A DNA stretch of 64,000 nt from Candidatus Lustribacter sp. (lineage in GTDB: Bacteria; Vulcanimicrobiota; Vulcanimicrobiia; Vulcanimicrobiales; Vulcanimicrobiaceae), in the NCBI GenBank assembly GCA_965277805.1, contig OZ255842.1:4704001-4768000 (forward strand). The letters are read 5' to 3'. Below, piece by piece: positions 19,885 through 29,837 of this stretch. The notes beneath the pieces were generated by a model, which saw only the letters and a program-made list of their open reading frames with translations, was not told the origin of the DNA and did not search any database. Positions within the stretch are counted from its first letter, which is position 1. The number at the start of each line of letters is the position of its first letter. Position numbers and translations under genes: made by a program.

Positions 19885-21068
19885 TTGGGGGTGGGGGTTA
19901 GGTTACGGGTGGTGGTTAGGAGGCTTATGGTTATGGCGATGATGCCGAGGATGATGGCGGCGGTGATGAAGGCGGGGGTTAGGCCGAAGTAGGTTGAGGC
20001 GATGCCGATGCCGAGCGCGGGGATGCTGAAGCCGAGATAGCACGCGACGAGATAGGCGGACAGCGTTTCGGCGCGGTGTTCGGGCGGGGCGATCGTGCCG
20101 ATGATGGAGAGGCCCGAGAGGTACGACACGCCGCCGCCGGCACCCGCGATCAGCGCGGCGATCGCGACCAGCAGTTCGGCGCGCAGCGAAATCGCGATCA
20201 GCAAGAGCCAGACGCCCGCGCCGAGCGCGAGCATCGCGCCGATGATCGCCGTGCGCGGTGGAAGCTTTTGCGCGGAGAGCGATGCTGAGACCGAACCGAT
20301 CTGCACGATCGTAATGACGAACGCGCCGACGAGCAGGCTGTGCAGGTTCAGCGCGCGCGAGAGAAACGCGGGGACGAGCGCGATGAAGATCGCGAACGTC
20401 GACCAGCCGATGAACGACTGCGTCGCCGCGATCATGAACGGCCGCCGGATCGAAGCCGGTACGTGCAGGGTCGCGCTGAGCCCCGCCGGATGCAGGTGCG
20501 GACACGACGGCACGGTGGCAACCGCGATCGCACCGCACGCGAGCAAGCCGATCATCACCAAGTACGGGAGCGCGGTCGGATGCGGGCCGTACTCGGCGAG
20601 CATGCCGCCGAGCAGCGCCCCGAACGCCGAACCGCCGCCCGTGGCCAGCACGGTGATCGCCGGAGCATGAACGCGCTGCGCTTCGGTCGTCCATTCACGA
20701 ATCGCTGCGGCCGCCGCGCCGGTACCGATGCCCATTGCGAGGCCTTGGATGATGCGCGCGATGATCAGCCAGCGCAGCCCGTCGGCGAACGCGAACGCGA
20801 GCGAGGCGATCGCCAGCAGCGCAAACGCGAGCAGGATCGTGCGGCGGCGGCCGATGCTGTCGGAGAGGCCGCCGAGAAACAGCAGCGAGGGGATCAGCGA
20901 CGCGGCGTACACCGCGAACACGACGCTGGTATCAGCCGGCGTGAGGTTCCACGTGCGATGGTAGAGTTCAAACAGCGGCGTCGGCAAGAGCGAGCTCGCA
21001 AGCATCAGCGCCATCGCGACCGCGGCGATCGGGTAGCGGCCCGCGGCCGGATTGGCTGACTGCACCAT
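19860..21068 (-). CDS. MFS transporter
   Basis: About 12 hydrophobic segments; motif A GGLSDSIGRR; PTPLFELY. Confidence 0.88.
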   Translation of the reverse strand: MVQSANPAAGRYPIAAVAMALMLASSLLPTPLFELYHRTWNLTPADTSVVFAVYAASLIPSLLFLGGLSDSIGRRRTILLAFALLAIASLAFAFADGLRWLIIARIIQGLAMGIGTGAAAAAIREWTTEAQRVHAPAITVLATGGGSAFGALLGGMLAEYGPHPTALPYLVMIGLLACGAIAVATVPSCPHLHPAGLSATLHVPASIRRPFMIAATQSFIGWSTFAIFIALVPAFLSRALNLHSLLVGAFVITIVQIGSVSASLSAQKLPPRTAIIGAMLALGAGVWLLLIAISLRAELLVAIAALIAGAGGGVSYLSGLSIIGTIAPPEHRAETLSAYLVACYLGFSIPALGIGIASTYFGLTPAFITAAIILGIIAITISLLTTTRNLTPTPNVIPSGAP

Positions 21069-21132
21069 TGCAAGACAAAACGTACATCGGTACGAAACAC
21101 GGCGGCAAGATGCGGCGTGCGAGAATCGGGGA

Positions 21133-21726
21133 ATGAGAATAGGGTTCTCTTTCCTGCGCACGCTCGCCGGCGTGACCTCGGCGGTCGTTCCGTTCGCAAT
21201 CGCCGTCCATCTGTTCGCTGAAGGGCTCGCGCTCGGCGCGAGCGCGATGGCGTCCGATTTCTGGCTGCGCCACGCCTACTTGCTTGCGCCGCTCGCCCTC
21301 TCGCTGTGGTCGTTTAGCCGCACCGTCGGCCTCGGTGCCGGCCGTACGGAGATGATCCGGCGCTGCGCGTTCGTGCGCGCGCGCCTGCGGGCCGCCGGCG
21401 CGAGCTCGACCGTCGTTGCGTTCACCGTCTCCAACCTGATCTTCTTCGGCATCACGCAGTTGCTCGAAGGCGTACCAATCGCGACGACCTCGATCGGCAC
21501 CGGCCTCACTGCGGCCGTGCTCGGCGCGCTGTTTTCCGCGCTGGCCATCTTCTTTTGGGGCCGCTCACTCGTCGCTACCGCGCTGGCCGCGGCCGTGCGG
21601 CGCCCGCGCCTGCCCGCGCGTCTCGCGTCCACGATCCGGCGCATCATCGCTGCCCCGCGTGCGGCTGCGAGCACGTTCTCCCTGTTCGTCCCGAATCGTC
21701 CCCCGCCGGCTTCGTCCCCGGCCTGA
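21133..21726 (+). CDS. Membrane protein ending in NRPPP, putative arrest-type leader of the TonB-dependent receptor
   Basis: About 4 hydrophobic segments, basic linker, C-terminal FVPNRPPPASSPA; 35 nt upstream of the receptor. Confidence 0.65.
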   Translation: MRIGFSFLRTLAGVTSAVVPFAIAVHLFAEGLALGASAMASDFWLRHAYLLAPLALSLWSFSRTVGLGAGRTEMIRRCAFVRARLRAAGASSTVVAFTVSNLIFFGITQLLEGVPIATTSIGTGLTAAVLGALFSALAIFFWGRSLVATALAAAVRRPRLPARLASTIRRIIAAPRAAASTFSLFVPNRPPPASSPA

Positions 21727-21761
21727 TCTCAACCACAACTTTCATTTAAGGGGACGTTCCC

Positions 21762-24209
21762 GTGGGTATTTTTCGACGTGCGGCGCGCATTGCGCCGGCA
21801 CTTTGCCTTGTTTGTATTCTCTGTCTATCCGCCTTCGGAAGTGCGCTAGCGCAATCGACGGCATCGCTCTCCGGTCAAGTGACCGTCAACGGTCAGCCCG
21901 TCAAGGGCGCCAACGTCACGGCGGTCGGCAGCAACGTATCGTTGCACGTCCTCACCGACGCGCAGGGGCACTTCACGTTCACGGGCGTGCCGATCGGCAC
22001 GTACGACGTCGACGCGAACGCGCCCGACGGCACCGCATCGCTGCGCGTCGACGTGCCGTCGGCGGGCGCAGTCATCACGATCGGCCTCTCCGGTCTCAAG
22101 GAGATCGGCCGCACGTCGGTCATCTCGCATCCGCCGCTGGGCGGATCGGGGACCGATCTCAACCTCAGCAGCGACGTGCTCACGCACTCGCCGGCCAACG
22201 GCAGCCTGCCGAACTTGCTCTTGCAGCTCCCCGGTGCCGCGCGCGGCGCGAACGGGGTCGTGCACATCAACGGCGATCACGGCGACGTGAACTACATCGT
22301 CGACGGCGTGCCGATTCCGCAAGAGCTCAACCGCAACATCGGAACGGAGTTCGACCCCAACGACCTCGCGTTCATCGAAGCGATCGAAGGCGCATATCCG
22401 GCGCAGTACGGCGAGCGTTTCGCTTCGGTTATCAACGCCAACACGCGCAACGGCGCCGGCGCGCCGGGTATCAACGCGCAATTCGATGCCGGGTCGTTCA
22501 ATAGCTTCGATTCCGACCTTTCGTACCACGCACCGATCGGCACGGGTTCGCTGGTCCTGGCGTCGCGCAACGAGCAGAGCTCGCGCGGGCTCGATCCGCC
22601 GAACCCCGGCTCGCCGCACAACGGCTTCAGCAACACCAACCAGTTCCTGCGCTACACCCAGCCGATCGGTACCGACTTTCTCAACCTCACGCTCAGCCAC
22701 GCCTATCAAACCTACCAGATCCCCAACGACACCGACGGCGGCGAACCGGCCGCAACCGACGACAACGAAACGCAGAACGACTTCTTCGGAACGCTGCAGT
22801 ACCGCCATCCGATCGGCGATCACGGCTCGCTCACGTTGGGGCCGACGTACAAACGCTCGCAGATCCGCGATTTCGGCGATCCGAACAACGACTTCATCTA
22901 CGGTGAAGCGCAGAATCCCGGCGCGCCGGCGGACTGCGCGCTGGCGTTGAGTTCTACCGGCCCGATCGTGGGCGGCATCGTCACGAACCCCGTGCCGAAT
23001 CCGGCCGTCGCGTACTCCAACGCGACGTGCGGCTTCTCGCTCTACGGCAACCGGACGGCGATCGACCTCGGCGGCGTGCTCGACTACGACAACTCGAGCC
23101 CGCATCACGACGTGCGCTTCGGCGGCGTGTACGACGCGACCAACGTCGCGAAAGACTACGAGATCACGCTGCAGCCCGGCAACTTCCTCGCCCCGATTTT
23201 CACTCCGGCCACGCCCGGCGCCGCGTATACCGTGATCGACAACGCACCGAACGTCGGCCATCTCACCGCATTGTATCTGCAAGACTCGTGGAAAATGGGC
23301 GCCTACGAGCTCGACTACGGCCTGCGTCAGGATGCCTTCCTCGTGTCGTCGACCCAGTTTGCGGTCGGCTACGCCCAAACGAGCCCGCGTATCAAGCTCA
23401 CGCGCAACATCGGCCCGCGAGCGAGCGTATACGTGTTCTACGGCCGTTACTTCACGCCGTTCTCGCTCGAGAACGTCTCGCCGCTCGCGGCGTACACGTT
23501 GAATCTGCCGCTGCAGACTTCGGTCGCGCAGTTCGATCTCAAACCCGAGCGAGACTCAACCTACGAGGTCGGCGGACACGTCGGCATCGGCAAGGGCGAT
23601 CTCGGCTTACGCGTGATGCAGAAAGATGCAACCGACCTGATCGACGATACGCAAGTGGGCGTGACGGCCTTGCATCAGGACATCAACTACGCGCAGGGGC
23701 GCATCGCAACGCAATCGGCGTACTACCAGCTCGGCTTCGGCCAAGGCAGCCGCGTCTACGCCTCCGCCACGCACACGTACTCGGTGAACAAGGGCTGCGA
23801 AACGCAACTTTTGGCGCCGTGTTTCGGTCAGCCCGACGATTGGACGCCGGCCGATCACGATCAGCGGGTCGACATCTCATCGGGAATCATCGCCAACGAA
23901 CGTAACGGCGGGTGGTTCGCCTTTGACGGCGAGTACGGCAGCGGTCTATCGACGGGGCTCAACCCGACCGGCGGCATCACGTGCGCGGGACCGGGCTACA
24001 CCGCGAACATCGGCGGACCGTGTAAATTCACGCCGCATCTGACGTTCGATGCGGAAAAGGGTGTGCCGTTGGGAACTGGGGTCGTGTTGACACTCCGGAT
24101 CCAGAATCTGCTCAACGATCAGTATCAGGTGACCTACCTCAACGCGCAGGGCAACCATTACGCGCCGCCCCGCACGTTTCAAGTCGGTCTCCGCATCAGC
24201 GGAAAGTAG
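21762..24209 (+). CDS. TonB-dependent receptor with N-terminal carboxypeptidase-regulatory-like domain
   Basis: Signal peptide; LSGQVT...TDAQGHFTF; plug YIVDGVP, GAYPAQYG; LYLQDSW, LKPE; C-terminal NLLN...PRTFQVGLR. Confidence 0.9.
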   Translation: MGIFRRAARIAPALCLVCILCLSAFGSALAQSTASLSGQVTVNGQPVKGANVTAVGSNVSLHVLTDAQGHFTFTGVPIGTYDVDANAPDGTASLRVDVPSAGAVITIGLSGLKEIGRTSVISHPPLGGSGTDLNLSSDVLTHSPANGSLPNLLLQLPGAARGANGVVHINGDHGDVNYIVDGVPIPQELNRNIGTEFDPNDLAFIEAIEGAYPAQYGERFASVINANTRNGAGAPGINAQFDAGSFNSFDSDLSYHAPIGTGSLVLASRNEQSSRGLDPPNPGSPHNGFSNTNQFLRYTQPIGTDFLNLTLSHAYQTYQIPNDTDGGEPAATDDNETQNDFFGTLQYRHPIGDHGSLTLGPTYKRSQIRDFGDPNNDFIYGEAQNPGAPADCALALSSTGPIVGGIVTNPVPNPAVAYSNATCGFSLYGNRTAIDLGGVLDYDNSSPHHDVRFGGVYDATNVAKDYEITLQPGNFLAPIFTPATPGAAYTVIDNAPNVGHLTALYLQDSWKMGAYELDYGLRQDAFLVSSTQFAVGYAQTSPRIKLTRNIGPRASVYVFYGRYFTPFSLENVSPLAAYTLNLPLQTSVAQFDLKPERDSTYEVGGHVGIGKGDLGLRVMQKDATDLIDDTQVGVTALHQDINYAQGRIATQSAYYQLGFGQGSRVYASATHTYSVNKGCETQLLAPCFGQPDDWTPADHDQRVDISSGIIANERNGGWFAFDGEYGSGLSTGLNPTGGITCAGPGYTANIGGPCKFTPHLTFDAEKGVPLGTGVVLTLRIQNLLNDQYQVTYLNAQGNHYAPPRTFQVGLRISGK

Positions 24210-24212
24210 GGT

Positions 24213-25400
24213 CTAGAGCGGGGCGCCGCCGGGACGGCTCACGGCGACGACACGCTTCTTAGCGGCGTCCCATTTCACGATGATCAGCGAGGTGATGTGT
24301 TCGCCTCGCTGATCGCCCGCACGATAATCCTGGATCCCGTTGATGCCGGCCAAACCGTGCGCCGACTCGATGAAGGCGAGCAGCGACTTCGCGTCGGTGT
24401 TCGTGCCGAGCTTGCGCAGTCCGTCGATCACGATGAGCGTCGGATCCCACGGGAAGCCGTTGCCGACGTCGGGGTCGATTTTCTTCGCGTTGAACGCCTT
24501 GTAATATGCGACTTCGGCGTCGCGTACGGGGCCCTTTCCCGCGACCTCACGCGCGTAGAAGCGCGGGGCGGTGGAGTAGAATTCGTTGGGCATGAAGCTC
24601 GAATACTGCGAGAGCGCCTCGTCGAGCACGTTGCCGAGGTTGGTCATGAACGGAACGTTGGAAAGCCCGGCGTCGCGCAAGCCGCGCAACAGGGTGCCGG
24701 TCGCAGTGCCGACCGTCATGCCGAAGATCGCGTCGGGGTTCGCGGCCTTGACGTTGGCCAGCTGCGCGCCGACGCCGACGTCGGTTGCGTTGTAATGCTC
24801 GGTCACGACGAAGCTCATGCCGGCGAAGCGCGGATCCTTGATAGCCAGATTGAACTGTCCGCCGATGTCTTGTCCCGTGGCGTCGTTGGTCGTGACTTCA
24901 GCCAGGCGCTTCCAGCCCTTGGCCTTGGCGAAAACGAGCGTCTCGATCGCCTGATCGTAGCTCGAGGCGCCGCCGGAGAAGACGTAGCTGCCGGCGGCCG
25001 GATGGATCGTCGGCGCGAAGCAGTAATCCACCGGCCCGTTTTTCATCAGCGGCGCGATGGCCAGGCACGACGCGAGGAACGTCGGTCCCAGCATCACCGG
25101 CGGATGGTTGGCGATGATGCCGTTCGCGAGTTGCACGGCGACGGCAGGCTGCGTCTGGTCGTCCAGCAGGTTGAAGTGGACGGGCTGACCTTTGATGCCG
25201 CCTTCTTTATTAATCAGCACCTCCAGCGTCTTCAGCGATTCGCCTTCGGCGGTGCCGAGAAATGCGAACGCGCCGGTCAGCGAGAGGATGACGTCGATCG
25301 TGTACGGCGCGGCGGCGCGGGCCGGGACCGAGGCGAACGGCGTGGAGAGAAGCGCGGCGATGCCGAGCGTAGCAATGAAGCGATGCCAACGGTTTTTCAC
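24213..25400 (-). CDS. ABC substrate-binding protein, LivJ/type 1 periplasmic family
   Basis: GTG start, signal peptide; LSLTGAFAFLG, INKEGGIKGQP, DDQTQP; paralog of 18081-19259. Confidence 0.85.
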   Translation of the reverse strand: MKNRWHRFIATLGIAALLSTPFASVPARAAAPYTIDVILSLTGAFAFLGTAEGESLKTLEVLINKEGGIKGQPVHFNLLDDQTQPAVAVQLANGIIANHPPVMLGPTFLASCLAIAPLMKNGPVDYCFAPTIHPAAGSYVFSGGASSYDQAIETLVFAKAKGWKRLAEVTTNDATGQDIGGQFNLAIKDPRFAGMSFVVTEHYNATDVGVGAQLANVKAANPDAIFGMTVGTATGTLLRGLRDAGLSNVPFMTNLGNVLDEALSQYSSFMPNEFYSTAPRFYAREVAGKGPVRDAEVAYYKAFNAKKIDPDVGNGFPWDPTLIVIDGLRKLGTNTDAKSLLAFIESAHGLAGINGIQDYRAGDQRGEHITSLIIVKWDAAKKRVVAVSRPGGAPL

Positions 25401-25438
25401 GTGAGCCGCTTTCGGTGGCTCCGCGTGCTGCCCCCGCG

Positions 25439-26656
25439 TCAGGCGGGCGTTTCGGGCGTGTGGATGTGTTCGGGCCGCGGGCCGATGCCGACGACATAGC
25501 CCGGCAGACGCCGCAAGAGCGGGATCGACGCGAACAGCCGCAGCGCGAGCGGCACATTCATCTTCGCCGCGGGCTTGCTCTCGAGAATTTTGCCCATGAA
25601 GCCGTTTTGGACCGCGACCTGGATGCCTTGAATGACCTGCATGGGAAAGACGCGCCGGCGCTGCACCGCGCGCAGATCGTTCGACCTGGGCGTGCCGCGT
25701 CTGAAAGCGGGATAAAGAATGTTCGCCGCCGCCACCGCGTCTTGCACGGCGAGGTTGATGCCGACGCCGCCGATCGGCGACATCGCATGCGCGGCATCGC
25801 CGATGCACAGCAAACCGGGACAGTACCACGTGCGTAACCGGTCGACGCTGACCGTCAGCAGTTTTACGTCGTTCCATTCGCGCAGTTCGTCCACGCGATC
25901 CGCCACCCAGGGCACGAGTGCGGCGATCTCGGCCCGGAACGCATCGATGCCGGCGCTTTGGATCGCATCGAACCCGCCTTTGCGAATCACGTACGCACAC
26001 TGCCAGTAATCATGGCGGTCGATCATCACCATCATCTTGCCGAAGTCAACGCGGCCCAGCACTTGTTCGGGATCGTCGGGCCGGCGCGACAGGCGCATCC
26101 ACAAGATGTCCATCGGCGCGCCGATCGTCTGCACCGGAAGTTGCGCCGCCGCGCGCACCGTCGACGTGCGGCCGTCGGCACCCACCACGAGCTCGGCGCG
26201 AATCTCGCCCGCGCCGTCTTTCGTTTCGGTGCGGACGCCGCGCACGACACCATCTTCGACGATCAAGCCGGTGGCCGATGTTTCCATGAGCAAATGGAAC
26301 GCCGGATAGCTGCGCGCGTTCTCGGCCAGGAAGTTCAAGAAATCCCACTGCGGCATCAACGCGATGAATTTCGCGGCGCCCGGCACGTGCGACACGTCGG
26401 CGACGGTGATGAGCGCGTCGCCGATCTGCGCGCGCACTTGCCGAATCTCGTTGTGGGGCCGTTGCAGAAACGCGTCGAGCAAGCCGAGTTCGTGCATCAG
26501 CTGCAGCGTCGACGGATGAATCGTGTCGCCGCGAAAGTCGCGGAAGAAGTCGGCGTGCTTCTCGAGTACCGTGACGTCGATGCCGGCGCGCGCGAGCAAG
26601 AAGCCGAGCATCATGCCGGCTGGACCGCCCCCGGCGACGACGCAGCGGGTACTCAG
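25439..26656 (-). CDS. FAD-dependent oxidoreductase (UbiH/FAD_binding_3-like)
   Basis: VVAGGGPAG (upstream of the first ATG), LEKHADFFRDFRGD, VGADGRTS, IGDAAHAMSPIGGVGINLA; start inferred at CTG 26656, first ATG at 26614. Confidence 0.85.
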   Translation of the reverse strand: MSTRCVVAGGGPAGMMLGFLLARAGIDVTVLEKHADFFRDFRGDTIHPSTLQLMHELGLLDAFLQRPHNEIRQVRAQIGDALITVADVSHVPGAAKFIALMPQWDFLNFLAENARSYPAFHLLMETSATGLIVEDGVVRGVRTETKDGAGEIRAELVVGADGRTSTVRAAAQLPVQTIGAPMDILWMRLSRRPDDPEQVLGRVDFGKMMVMIDRHDYWQCAYVIRKGGFDAIQSAGIDAFRAEIAALVPWVADRVDELREWNDVKLLTVSVDRLRTWYCPGLLCIGDAAHAMSPIGGVGINLAVQDAVAAANILYPAFRRGTPRSNDLRAVQRRRVFPMQVIQGIQVAVQNGFMGKILESKPAAKMNVPLALRLFASIPLLRRLPGYVVGIGPRPEHIHTPETPA

Positions 26657-27069
26657 AGCTTGCGAGCCATCGCGAGGCCCAGACCGACGGCGACGGCATC
26701 TTCGACGAGCGCTGCAAGAACGTTCGGAATGTGCCGTTCTGATGCGGCTTTGCGATACGCTGCTCCGACGTACGCAGCGGTGATCGCGCCCGCGCTTCCA
26801 AGCACGGCGCCGATCCAGCGCTGGCCGCCGCTCCGCTTCGCCGTTACGGCTCCCGAAATAGCGCCTGCTGCGATCCTGACGAGGAGCGCCGGCGGAATCG
26901 TGCGCGACGGCACGTTGGGCAATTTATCGACGATCAGCTCGGATAGGGCCAGCAGCGGAAGAGTGCGCTGCCATTTGCTTCCGCGCAGTGCGGTTGCGGG
27001 TCCAGTCATCGAACGAAGCCCGGCGACCACGCCGGAACCGAAGGGCCGTACGAGTTCTGCGGTTTTCAT
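26653..27069 (-). CDS. Small membrane protein (DUF4126-like)
   Basis: GVVAGLRSMTGP, ELIVDKLP, ALVEDAVA motifs; hydrophobic. Confidence 0.7.
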   Translation of the reverse strand: MKTAELVRPFGSGVVAGLRSMTGPATALRGSKWQRTLPLLALSELIVDKLPNVPSRTIPPALLVRIAAGAISGAVTAKRSGGQRWIGAVLGSAGAITAAYVGAAYRKAASERHIPNVLAALVEDAVAVGLGLAMARKL

Positions 27070-27107
27070 TCGGCCCTTCTACCCGCGCAACGAACCATAA
27101 CGAACAA

Positions 27108-27428
27108 TTAGGCCGTGCAGATCCCGTGCACCGGATCGAGCACCATGCTCTTGAGCGAGGCGACGAGCGGCCCGTCGCGTTCGGTTGCTTCGCGCACGGC
27201 CGCCCAGGCCGGGTCGGCCAGAAACGCCTTCCAGGCTGCCTTCATCGCGGCTTCGTCGTTGAAGCGACAAACGTAGTAGAGCGTATCGGCCGGTTCGCGC
27301 ACCGTCCAGAACGCGGTTACCACGATGTTGTGCCGGTCGAACAGCGGCTTCGTCTCGTTCTGGAAGCGTTTCACCAGGGCGTCGAGCTTGCCGGGCGTTG
27401 CGACGTAGTGCCGAAGTTCTTCGATCAT
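27108..27428 (-). CDS. NIPSNAP family protein
   Basis: MIEELRHY...PGK...AWKAFLADPAW. Confidence 0.85.
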   Translation of the reverse strand: MIEELRHYVATPGKLDALVKRFQNETKPLFDRHNIVVTAFWTVREPADTLYYVCRFNDEAAMKAAWKAFLADPAWAAVREATERDGPLVASLKSMVLDPVHGICTA

Positions 27429-27509
27429 GCGCTTGGGTTCCGCAGCACGGAACCGCGATACCTCGCTTTCATGGGGAAAGCCCGGACCCCGCACCGAAGG
27501 CAGAGCCCT

Positions 27510-28964
27510 GTGAAAACGTTGTTTTTGAGCCCCCCGTCGTTCGACGGCTTCGACGGTGGAGCGGGCGCGCGCTATCAGGCAAAGCGCGAAGTCACCTCGT
27601 TCTGGTACCCGACCTGGCTCGCGCAGCCGGCGGCCCTCGTTCCGGGTAGCACCCTGGTCGACGCGGCCCCGCACGGGCTCTCGACCGAGGACGTGTTGAA
27701 GATCGCGGTCGGCCATGATCTGGTCATCATGCACACCAGCACCCCGTCGCTGCCCAACGACGTCGAGTGCGCGCGCCGCATCAAAGAGCAGAACCCCAAC
27801 GTGAAGTGCGGTTTCATCGGCGCGCACGTGGCGGTGCTGCCCGAGCAAACGCTCCAGATGAACCCGGTCATCGATTTCGTCTGCCGCAACAATTTCGACT
27901 ACACGTGCCTCGAGCTCTCGGAAGGCCGCCCGTGGGAAGATATCCTCGGCCTCTCCTATCGCGACGCCGACGGCGTGCTGCATGCGAACGCCGAGCGCCC
28001 GGACATCGCCGACTGGGATGCGATGCCGAGCGTCCTTCCGACGTACGACAAGTTCCTCGACATCCGCAAGTACTACAACGGCTACTTACTGCACCCGTAC
28101 GTCTCGTGGTACACCGGCCGCGGCTGCGTGGCGAAGTGCACGTTCTGCCTCTGGCCGCACACGATCGGCGGGCACAAGTTCTTCCACAAGTCGGCCGAAG
28201 CCGTGGGCCGCGATCTCGATGAAGCGAAGAGCATCTTCGGCGACCGCGTGGCCGAGTACATGTTCGACGACGACACGCTGACCGGCGAAAAAGAATATGC
28301 GATCGCGCTCAGCAAGCACATGAAGCGCCTCAAGCTGAGCTGGGCCTGCAACGCGCGTGCGCACGTCGACTACGACACGCTCAAGACGCTGCGCGACAAC
28401 GGGCTGCGCGTGCTGCTGGTCGGTTTCGAATCGGGCAATCAAGAGATTCTGCACCGCATTCGCAAGGGGCTGAACCTCGCGATGGCGCGCGAGTTCATGA
28501 AGAACTGTCACAAGCTCGGCATCAAGGTGCACGGCACGTTCATCATCGGCTTACCGGTCGAAACGCCGGAGACCGTGCGCGAAACGATCGAGTTCGCGAA
28601 AGAACTCGATCCGCATACGATCCAGGTATCGATCGCGTCGCCCTATCCGGGCACGGTGCTCTACGATCAAGCGCTGGCCAACGGCTGGTTCGCGCGTCAG
28701 GACCTCGTCTCGGGTTCCAACGGCATCCAAACCTCGACCTTGAGCTACGACACGCTCTCGACCGCGGAGATCGAGGATTCGGTCGAGCGCATGTATCGCG
28801 AGTTCTACTTCCGTCCGAAGAAGATCGCCAAGATCGTCGGCGAGATGGTGACGAGCCGTCAGATGATGGTGCGCCGTCTGCGCGAAGGCGGCGAGTTCTT
28901 CGAATATCTCCGTCGCCGCCACACCTCGACTGCCAACCGCCGCGGGGAGGCCGTGACCGCTTGA
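27510..28964 (+). CDS. hpnJ: Hopanoid biosynthesis-associated radical SAM protein HpnJ
   Basis: N-terminal PPSFDGFDGGAGARYQ, FWYPTWLAQPAA; radical SAM CVAKCTFC; TIQVSIASPYPGT. Confidence 0.92.
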   Translation: MKTLFLSPPSFDGFDGGAGARYQAKREVTSFWYPTWLAQPAALVPGSTLVDAAPHGLSTEDVLKIAVGHDLVIMHTSTPSLPNDVECARRIKEQNPNVKCGFIGAHVAVLPEQTLQMNPVIDFVCRNNFDYTCLELSEGRPWEDILGLSYRDADGVLHANAERPDIADWDAMPSVLPTYDKFLDIRKYYNGYLLHPYVSWYTGRGCVAKCTFCLWPHTIGGHKFFHKSAEAVGRDLDEAKSIFGDRVAEYMFDDDTLTGEKEYAIALSKHMKRLKLSWACNARAHVDYDTLKTLRDNGLRVLLVGFESGNQEILHRIRKGLNLAMAREFMKNCHKLGIKVHGTFIIGLPVETPETVRETIEFAKELDPHTIQVSIASPYPGTVLYDQALANGWFARQDLVSGSNGIQTSTLSYDTLSTAEIEDSVERMYREFYFRPKKIAKIVGEMVTSRQMMVRRLREGGEFFEYLRRRHTSTANRRGEAVTA

Positions 28965-29833
28965 GAAAGCCTCGCGTCGGATCGCTCGAACACCGCGATC
29001 TGTTCTGCCGCACGTTCATCGAGACGCACCGCGCGTTCGAACCGGAAAACTTGCCGTGGCCCCGCCTCGAAGCGCGCTACGTCGAGTTGCTGCGCGCGTT
29101 TCCGTTTTGGAGCTTCGCGCGCAGCATGGAGCAAGAAGCGGACCGCATGATCGCGACGTTTGCGAAAACGCTCACCGATCCGGTCATTCGCGAAGCGGTC
29201 GAACTGCAAGGGTATGAAGAAGGCCGCCACGGCCGCCTGCTCAATCACATGCTCGAGCGCTACGAGATCGACGTGCCGAGCGTGCCGCTGACCACCTTGC
29301 CCGTGACGCGCGAAGACTTCGTCGTGTTCGGCTTCAGCGAGTGCCTCGATTCGGTCATCGGCTTCGGCGGCTTTGCGCTCGCGCGCGAGAAGCAGATCTT
29401 TCCCAAAGGCTTGCTCGACATTTTCGAACACATCTTGTTCGAAGAAGCGCGGCACATCGTGTTCTTCATCAACTGGTGGCGGTACGATGAAGAATTGGCC
29501 GGACGCACCAATCCGCTCGCGCGCCAGCTCGCCATCGCGCAATATCACGCGCGGGCGGGCATGCACCAAGCGCAGGGCGCCCAGGGTGCGGCCGTGGTGC
29601 CGGCGCCGATCGACTTGACCGGCGGCGGCTCGCAAGCGATTCTCGAAGGCGTCTCGCCGAAGATGTTTCTCGAGGTGGCGCTAGCCGAAGAGCGCGCGAT
29701 GATGTCACGGCTCGATCCGCGCCTCCTGCGGCCGCGCTTCGTGCCGGTGCTGGCGACCGCCGCGCTGCTCGGACTGCGCCTGCTGCCGCCCCGCAAAGAA
29801 ACCCTCAAGCGTCCCTTAGCGGTTGCTTCGTAG
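28961..29833 (+). CDS. Ferritin-like diiron-carboxylate domain protein
   Basis: Paired EEGRH and EEARH motifs, each preceded by a Glu-containing helix; TTGA overlap with hpnJ. Confidence 0.8.
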   Translation: MRKPRVGSLEHRDLFCRTFIETHRAFEPENLPWPRLEARYVELLRAFPFWSFARSMEQEADRMIATFAKTLTDPVIREAVELQGYEEGRHGRLLNHMLERYEIDVPSVPLTTLPVTREDFVVFGFSECLDSVIGFGGFALAREKQIFPKGLLDIFEHILFEEARHIVFFINWWRYDEELAGRTNPLARQLAIAQYHARAGMHQAQGAQGAAVVPAPIDLTGGGSQAILEGVSPKMFLEVALAEERAMMSRLDPRLLRPRFVPVLATAALLGLRLLPPRKETLKRPLAVAS

Positions 29834-29837
29834 TAGA

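Noticed and set aside
26988-27509. Long N-terminal extension of hpnJ in the ORF track
   Set aside because: It overlaps the NIPSNAP gene on the opposite strand; HpnJ homology starts at GTG 27510
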